The notes beneath the pieces are model-generated. The model made no database searches. It saw only the letters and a list, made by a program, of their open reading frames with translations, and was not told where the DNA came from. A DNA stretch of 64,000 nucleotides. Origin: Amoebophrya sp. A120 (Eukaryota > Protista > Dinoflagellata). The DNA lies in NCBI GenBank assembly GCA_905178155.1, contig CAJINV010000005.1:5225038-5289037 (forward strand), given 5' to 3'. Positions 57,647 through 64,000 of the stretch are shown here, one piece after another (positions within the stretch are counted from its first letter, which is position 1; every line of letters begins with the position of its first letter). The translations under genes were made by a program, and so were the position numbers.

Positions 57647-59248
57647 ATGACTGCAGTCGCGCCAGTCGCAGTCATGGAGAAGGGCACAGCAACCTTGTCT
57701 GCAACATCACGAATTGCGCCGCAGGGAGGTTTGCGCAAGCGGCTTGGCGGCCGGCCTCCCGGCACATACCTACCTTTCTCGGAAGCACGGCGAAAAGTGC
57801 GTGAGGCCAAGTTGAGGAGCGAACAGGAGTTTTTTCGATGGATGAAGGAAAATCGATCGACGTGCAAAACCCGTGGTGTGCCGTACCATCCAGACCGAAT
57901 CTATGTCGACCAGGGGTGGAGGGGGTTCCGGGACTGGGTCGGGTACACGTCTCGCAGACCGCTTAAACCGCGTACGCAAGACGGAAAACCAATACGGTAC
58001 TGCCGCGATCCATCAAAAGTGCATAAGTACGCACAGCGCCTACGTGCTATCAACTTTGTTTGCGATGGGTTGATGTCAGCAGAACCAGCAGAAAAACCGG
58101 CTGAACAGCAAATAATCGACGTTTGCGTCTTACCTCTGTGCAGTTCCGCAACGATGCTGTTTCGCGTACGTGACAACGACGGCGACAGTGGCGACAAATG
58201 TCCCAAATGGCTCCCAATCGCGGTGCGCTCAGCCGGCGGCCGATTTTCCAGCGATAACGCAGACCACGAGGCAGCAGAAAATAAAATTAAGGAAGACTCA
58301 TCAACCAGCTCCAGCACAGCCGCAGCCCGGGACCACACGATGTTACAAGTAACAGGTGGCTCATCTTCTGTCGTGACATTTTGGCGGTGTGATTTTTGCG
58401 AATCTTCGCCGCTGTTCGGCATGCCACTGATCGGTGTCGTTTCCGAGCCGCGCCGACGTGATGTGGTGCTTGCGAGGTGTCTTGACGGGAAAAGGCGAAT
58501 CATGCCAGAAGAGTTTCGACCAGTCGGGGCTGTTGAAGAGTTGACCACACAAGATACGCGATACACCGGCAACGTGAAGGACTTTCTCTTGGCGTACTGG
58601 CTCACAGTTTCGAGCGAGAGAAGGAAAAGCTTCGCAGAATGGATAGCGTGTCTGACAAGTCAGTGGACGAGGGATGCCAGCCTGTACCGGGGAATCGCGC
58701 ACATCGTCCAGCACCTGTTTGAGCCTCTGGGTTTGTTGTTCAGCTTCTGTCCGCATCGACAAAGAGACGACTCCTTTTTCAACGCAGAGCTTGGTCCTCA
58801 TCGAGTGTTTGTCCGAAAAGCCGGCGAAATCTACCGCGTTCCGGAAGCTAAGCGGGGATTCCGGGTGAAGATGGAGTCGGGTAGATGTCCCGACGGATTG
58901 GTGTTCTCGGGACCAACGGCGAACGCGCATACGTTTGACTTCTTGATCACTTTTTCAGGGAGCGAGCGGACGGACGACAGGAGCAATGGTCTTTTCATAG
59001 TCCCGAACGAAGTCCTGCTGCAGAATATTCAAATCGAGCAAGATTCCTTTTACCCTTGGTTGACTTTCTATCCGCCGAATATTGAGACCCGGTTCGTCCA
59101 TGCAAGCGTAAGCCAAAAGTGGCAGGAACCTTTCTACATCGACCTCTCTGACGTTGAAAAAGATCCGCTGAAGGCTCGTGAGGCGATTGAAAAAGCACGT
59201 ATTATCCTTGCACAGTACGGAAAAGCAAAAGCGAAAGCACCTCCATAA
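57647..59248 (+). CDS. Paralogue 3: AT-hook-like + integrase-repeat-like + PD-(D/E)XK/MepB-like protein
   Basis: GGRPPG, YLPFSEARRKVREAKL..VPYHPDRIY..GWRGFRDWVG, RCPDGLVFSG, FDFLITF..GLFIVPNEVL..FYPP..WQEPFYID. Confidence 0.85.
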   Translation: MTAVAPVAVMEKGTATLSATSRIAPQGGLRKRLGGRPPGTYLPFSEARRKVREAKLRSEQEFFRWMKENRSTCKTRGVPYHPDRIYVDQGWRGFRDWVGYTSRRPLKPRTQDGKPIRYCRDPSKVHKYAQRLRAINFVCDGLMSAEPAEKPAEQQIIDVCVLPLCSSATMLFRVRDNDGDSGDKCPKWLPIAVRSAGGRFSSDNADHEAAENKIKEDSSTSSSTAAARDHTMLQVTGGSSSVVTFWRCDFCESSPLFGMPLIGVVSEPRRRDVVLARCLDGKRRIMPEEFRPVGAVEELTTQDTRYTGNVKDFLLAYWLTVSSERRKSFAEWIACLTSQWTRDASLYRGIAHIVQHLFEPLGLLFSFCPHRQRDDSFFNAELGPHRVFVRKAGEIYRVPEAKRGFRVKMESGRCPDGLVFSGPTANAHTFDFLITFSGSERTDDRSNGLFIVPNEVLLQNIQIEQDSFYPWLTFYPPNIETRFVHASVSQKWQEPFYIDLSDVEKDPLKAREAIEKARIILAQYGKAKAKAPP

Positions 59249-59591
59249 CGATCGCGGAATTAATACGGCTCATGCCGATGCAGATGCTGGAGTTTATTTC
59301 CTCATCTTCTGGTTTGGGGGTTCTTGTTTCCTGCACAGCTGTGTTCCTGGCATCTTTCCGTGCAGGTAGGAGGCGCGCGATCCGACAGATCATCAGCAGT
59401 TGTTCGCCGGAAACTACGAATGAATTCTGACTGTTGATTAAGCTGAAGTGTTTTTACCCAGGACATGCCTCCCAAGAACTTTGACTATTTCGTTTCGTGT
59501 CTGCACCTGCAGTTGTCATCTTTGACTTCGTCATCGATCATCGAGTCCGGACAGTTGTTTCATTTTTGCTTTATGTGTCTGGCCGGCAAGA

Positions 59592-61775
59592 ATGACCTCC
59601 TTCATCTCCACCCGCGACACCTCCACCCCGCCGACCCCCTTCACCTTCCAGCAAGCCATCGAACTGGGCTACGCACCGGACGGAGGGCTTTTCGTGCCAG
59701 AAACGTTCCATGCCTTTACCGCAACAGAAATCCGAGCCTATATTGAACGGATAAAACTAAAAGAGAAAGACAAAGACCAATGTGCTCCTCCAGCTACAAC
59801 AGGAGAAATAACAGCCGCCACACCCCCGCCCCTGACCTACGCGGAACTCGCTTTCGACATCCTGAAAAAGTTCATCAGAGAGGAGGAAATCCCGAGAGAT
59901 GATTTACGCGAAATTTGCGAAGCCGCGATGGCAACGTTTGCTGGAAAAAATACAACAGCTACAAGTTCAACATCACATGATGGCAGAATAAACGCAGTCC
60001 CAGTAAAGCTGTTGAAAACCGCCAAACACCCGCAAACCAACATCCACGTCGCGGAATTGTTTCACGGGCCGACTTTTTGCTTCAAGGATTTTGGTCAGCA
60101 ATTCACCATCCGGTTGTTGGAATATTTCGCGTTTAAGGAACAGAAATCTAAACTCGTCATCGTCTCCACCACGGGTGACACCGGGCCGGCGGCACTACGA
60201 GCGGTGGCAGATGCGGCGGAAAGTAGGAAGGAAAAATTACAAGCGAGAAGGAGTTGTTCTGGTGCAGGAACTACTACATCAGGATCAGTAGAAAATGAAA
60301 AAGACAACCTCCTTTCCATCATCGTTTCCCATCCAGAGGGGCAGATTTCGAATTTGCAGAGACGGCAAATGACAACTGTTTTCTCCTCGGCGGTGAAAAC
60401 GTGCGTTTTTCAGGGCGGGGGGGATGACTTGGATGACATTATCAAGAAAATCTCCTTGGAAAATTCCGACAAAGTCACGGGTGTGAACAGCTACAACATT
60501 GGGCGGCCAATCGCACAGATCGTCCACTACTTCTGGAGCTACTTGCAGGTTACAGCTGGACAAGGAACAAGAAGCGCCGCCGGGGCCGCCGCTGGAGATG
60601 AAAAAGGGGGCAAAGATCCTCCTGTCACGCGAGAATCGAAGCTGCTCCCACCCGTCGACTTCGCCGTCCCGAGTGGCGCATTAGGCAATCTTACGGCGGG
60701 GTGGTTTGCAAAGAAGCTTGGATTGCCGGTAAAACGTTTTATCACTGGCACGAACGTGAACGATATCACGTTTCGCACGTTCACGACGGGGAAATTTCAG
60801 AAAGCGGAGAATATGGTGAAAAACTTGGCGGAGGCGATGAACATTCAAGTACCGTACAACTTCGAAAGGCTGCTGTACTACGCAGCGACAGCATCCTCCT
60901 GTGGAGAAACAGCTGCGCATACCGTCCAGCGCAAAATGGAGGAACTGGAGCGGACGAACAAATATGAGTTGGTGGAAGAGGTTTTCGCTTGGTTCCGAGA
61001 AAACGGGTTTTCCCCGAACTCCTACCGGATCAGCGACGAGGAGATTGTGCAGGTGATCCGGGAAGCGGCTTCGGAAGAAATTCAGCTCGAGGGTGGAAAT
61101 CTTCAAGCTACTGGTTGTGAAGAAACAAACAATACCTCTATGGTCCTTTGCCCCCATTCTGCCTGTGGCGTGAGGGCGGCGTGGAATTTCTGCGATAAAG
61201 AGAAGATGAGGACAGAACAAGTTGTTCAGGAGGATGAGCGGCATTATGGTGACAAAGTGATCGAGATGAAGAACACCGGTGCTGATACTGCAAGTACAAA
61301 AACCACGACGACCCCAGATGAAGGCGTGCCGATCATCGTCCTGGCGACTGCGAGCTGGTGTAAGTTTGAAGAGGTAGTGGAGCAGGCGTTCGGTACTAGT
61401 TGTGATAGGAGAGAGACTTCTCACGACAGAACGTCTACTGCTGCATCTGGTTCTACTTCTAGTAGTGGTGCGTCAACATCTGGTGCAGCTGTGGCGCAAG
61501 AGCAACGTCGTGCAGAAGCAGCAGCCGCTTGTTCCACTTCTGCATCGTCAATATCGACGGCCGCCAGCAGTGCTGAAGAGTGTAAAGAGGCAACTACAGC
61601 AGGAGCCTCTTTCAAACGAACAGGAAAATCGCTCATAGTTCCACCGCTCCCGCAAGCAGCGGCCTTGCTGATGACGCTACCCGAGAGGCCTTACGATCTA
61701 AAACTCTGGAAAGAGGACGTTGGAGATTGGGAAACACAGTTCAAAAAGTTAGTGCTGCAGTCCATTTGTAGTTGA
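59592..61775 (+). CDS. thrC: Threonine synthase (PLP-dependent, fungal/proteobacterial-type), intronless, with low-complexity insertions
   Basis: FISTR, GYAPDGGLFVP, ELFHGPTFCFKDFG (PLP lysine), STTGDTGPAA, VNSYNIGR, VPSGALGN, TNVND, PYNFER, CPHSA, LATA..KF. Confidence 0.95.
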   Translation: MTSFISTRDTSTPPTPFTFQQAIELGYAPDGGLFVPETFHAFTATEIRAYIERIKLKEKDKDQCAPPATTGEITAATPPPLTYAELAFDILKKFIREEEIPRDDLREICEAAMATFAGKNTTATSSTSHDGRINAVPVKLLKTAKHPQTNIHVAELFHGPTFCFKDFGQQFTIRLLEYFAFKEQKSKLVIVSTTGDTGPAALRAVADAAESRKEKLQARRSCSGAGTTTSGSVENEKDNLLSIIVSHPEGQISNLQRRQMTTVFSSAVKTCVFQGGGDDLDDIIKKISLENSDKVTGVNSYNIGRPIAQIVHYFWSYLQVTAGQGTRSAAGAAAGDEKGGKDPPVTRESKLLPPVDFAVPSGALGNLTAGWFAKKLGLPVKRFITGTNVNDITFRTFTTGKFQKAENMVKNLAEAMNIQVPYNFERLLYYAATASSCGETAAHTVQRKMEELERTNKYELVEEVFAWFRENGFSPNSYRISDEEIVQVIREAASEEIQLEGGNLQATGCEETNNTSMVLCPHSACGVRAAWNFCDKEKMRTEQVVQEDERHYGDKVIEMKNTGADTASTKTTTTPDEGVPIIVLATASWCKFEEVVEQAFGTSCDRRETSHDRTSTAASGSTSSSGASTSGAAVAQEQRRAEAAAACSTSASSISTAASSAEECKEATTAGASFKRTGKSLIVPPLPQAAALLMTLPERPYDLKLWKEDVGDWETQFKKLVLQSICS

Positions 61776-63159
61776 TACGATAAGTACGGCTACTTGCGAG
61801 TCAGGAACCTGTGTGTGTGTCGTGAATGATAATCGTCAAGATAAAGCGGAAGACTCAAGAACATTATGGCCACGCAAGGCGACCTACGTGCAACACATGA
61901 CGACGAAATTCCATGATTTATACTGTGACGTCTTGCGAAAACGACTTCGAACAAGAGCTGTGTTAGCTGCTGCTGCGAACAGCAACAATGAAGTGTAAGT
62001 GAGCCTTGGCAGTTAAGACTTGCCCGACCCGTGGACCGGTGCGTGGTTGATGTTGTAATCGTGCTGTTTGTTTCTGCATGCATCAAACGAAGTACACTAA
62101 TGTGCGAGGAAAATAAATTTCGTTTTCGGTTCTTTAATCGTTCTTCTGGCGCTACCGCCTGCAGCAGTCGTCCTATACGTCCACCACCAGTCGTCCGTCT
62201 TTGTCGCTGCACTCACCTGACGTTCTCTCCGCCTTCGTGCCGTGTCGTGCTGTCAAAGTACATCGTGAATAAGGGAGTACGTAGTACACAAAACTTCATA
62301 TCATGAAAGCGGTTCTCGTCGTCCTTTCATCGTCTTCGTCATGATCGTACGTAGTCGTGAGCAAACGCACGACGCTACTTAAAAAACAACTCCACGCTCA
62401 CTTCGGTGCGATGCTTGTCCGCGCCAAAGCTGTGGCTCATATTTGTCCACCATTTACACCATGAACAGACGCAGGTGCTTTCTCTCACGCGGATTAGTAT
62501 TGCCTGAAAAATTTTTTTTTTTGTCTTCACGTCGATTATATATGCGACGCGTAGCGATTATATCAGTTCACATGATCATCAAGCAAGAGGGTTGCACACT
62601 CCGACACCAGGCTGGCTGCCCGGTGTCGACCAGCTTCGGCTGGGTCTCTGTCCTTTGTCCAGAAATACCGCATTGTCTTGGCTCGCCTAGATTTTGCGTT
62701 TTTTCCCACCCTCCCACCCGACTTGAGGTTGCGAGACCCCTTGCGGCACCCCTCGCAAGCCCGCCCTAGATATTCGGCGGCCCCAGTCGCGCCTCGCGGC
62801 TTGGGCCACCTCTATGTCCGGGGCATGGCTCTGTGGGGGTCGAGAGCCTGGCTTGCATGGCCTGCTACCCGTAGCTCGTTGTGCCGGCCGGGTTCTCTCT
62901 TGGCTGCCATTGTGACTGTCGCTCGAGGTCTTGCGACTATCACTGCGACGCGCTTCTGCACGTCATTCGCTTCCGTTGGTTGCGCGCGCGTTCACTCTAT
63001 GGGTGAATTGCGCAGAGAAGGTGAAATTATATACGAATTTATCTTTTCAACAAGAAAAAAATACTCTTTTCTCTTGCGATGAGGTTCTTTAACTAATCGC
63101 CTGAACCTTCAGAAACGCCAAGCTAGTACATCAATCAAACCACAACGAACTCGAACCAA

Positions 63160-63894
63160 ATGGCAGATACACCGGCAGCAGATGGGGCCACGGCCTCCAC
63201 GCAGCAGCAGCAACAGGAGAACACCAGCCGGGGGTTGCTGCAAGCGGATTCTAGCGGTGGCGCGCCGCAAACGGAGGGCGTGGATCCACGAGGGTTCCTG
63301 ATGAAGTGCTGTTTTCCCGTCTGCACCATCTGGGCGTGGCAGGGTTGCGATGACTGCTTTCCCATCCTCTGCACCTGCGTCCTCGACTGTTTTTTTCTCG
63401 GGTGCCTGTTCCCGCTGTTTTGCTGGAAGCCCGGCCCGCAGAAGATTTGGAAGGCCGACCCGGAACAAGAGCGCAAGGTCTGTTTATCCTGACGAGTAAA
63501 AACGTCCCCACACCAGAGTCAAGATGGGAAATCTGCTAGACAAATTAGCCAGCTTTGGTCGTTTCGCATGACAACTCTGTCCTCGTAGTGTGATCCTGTT
63601 GAGGTAGTTCAGAAGCATCACAGATCTAGCATATCACGCCGATTATAGCATCACAAATTTGAAAACGCCGCTCGAAAATGCTTCTCATGGTGCTCCGCAT
63701 GAGAAGCTTTTGTGGCATGCAGATTTGCATGACAACTCTGGGCCTGGGGTGGGAACGTTTTTACACAGGATACTGTTTCTGGGCCTGTCACCCGCTGAGT
63801 TGGCCCTGCAAGCTTTTGTGCTGCTTCGTCTCCGTCTACGCCTGGCAGGGCTTTGACGTGTGGTACGACTTGTTTTTTGCTTTGGACCTCGAGT
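63160..63894 (+). CDS. 3'-partial Cys-rich small membrane protein with an internal repeat
   Basis: Frame continues across 63485-63777; repeat KCCFPVCTIWAWQG / KLLCCFVSVYAWQG; runs into an introner at the window end. Confidence 0.7.
63485..63772. mobile_element. Introner family C
   Basis: DR CTGTT. Confidence 0.9.
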
Positions 63895-64000
63895 TATGCA
63901 TTGCAAAAGCATCGTACTAGTAGAAGTCGCATTACAAATTCGGCCAGCATGACAAATGGAATTTGTCATGCTGTTTTGCCTTGAAAAAGAGTAATGCATA
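63895..64000. mobile_element. Introner family A (partial)
   Basis: TATGCATTGCAAAAGCATCGTACTAGTA; runs off the window. Confidence 0.85.

Noticed and set aside
52841-59248. Calling the three paralogues the introner transposase or an integrase
   Set aside because: No DDE or tyrosine-recombinase catalytic motif seen, no flanking TIR/DR, and putative nuclease residues look substituted; kept only as candidate binding proteins

Overview
Eukaryotic genomic DNA, most consistent with the parasitic dinoflagellate Amoebophrya (Syndiniales); the organism call is an inference from the intron architecture. The window is dominated by about 84 short (about 140-350 bp) non-autonomous elements in at least 11 TIR families (my labels A-K). 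Nearly all start TAT, end ATA, carry terminal inverted repeats and are flanked by a 5-bp direct repeat. Removing each element plus one repeat copy restores long reading frames, so they behave as non-GT-AG introner introns. This reveals several + strand genes: a membrane protein (<123-4358), a 1207-aa protein with 27 introners (16411-27152), a KAKP-repeat membrane protein, a divergent Nup88/Nup82-like nucleoporin, a multi-pass membrane protein, a secreted-type protein and a Cys-rich protein. The families share an internal GCAT(G/T/C)ACAAA motif, spaced at about 10-bp multiples in the copies measured. An almost introner-free block (50.3-63.5 kb) holds threonine synthase, a truncated duplicate of it, and three intronless paralogues with an AT-hook-like motif, an integrase-repeat-like domain and PD-(D/E)XK/MepB-like domains. 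Also present: a 5'-truncated ingi-like LINE with an 11-bp TSD, a MULE-like MITE with telomere-like repeats and a 52-bp palindrome, and several unexplained modular repeats. All coordinates were read by hand; no searches were run.
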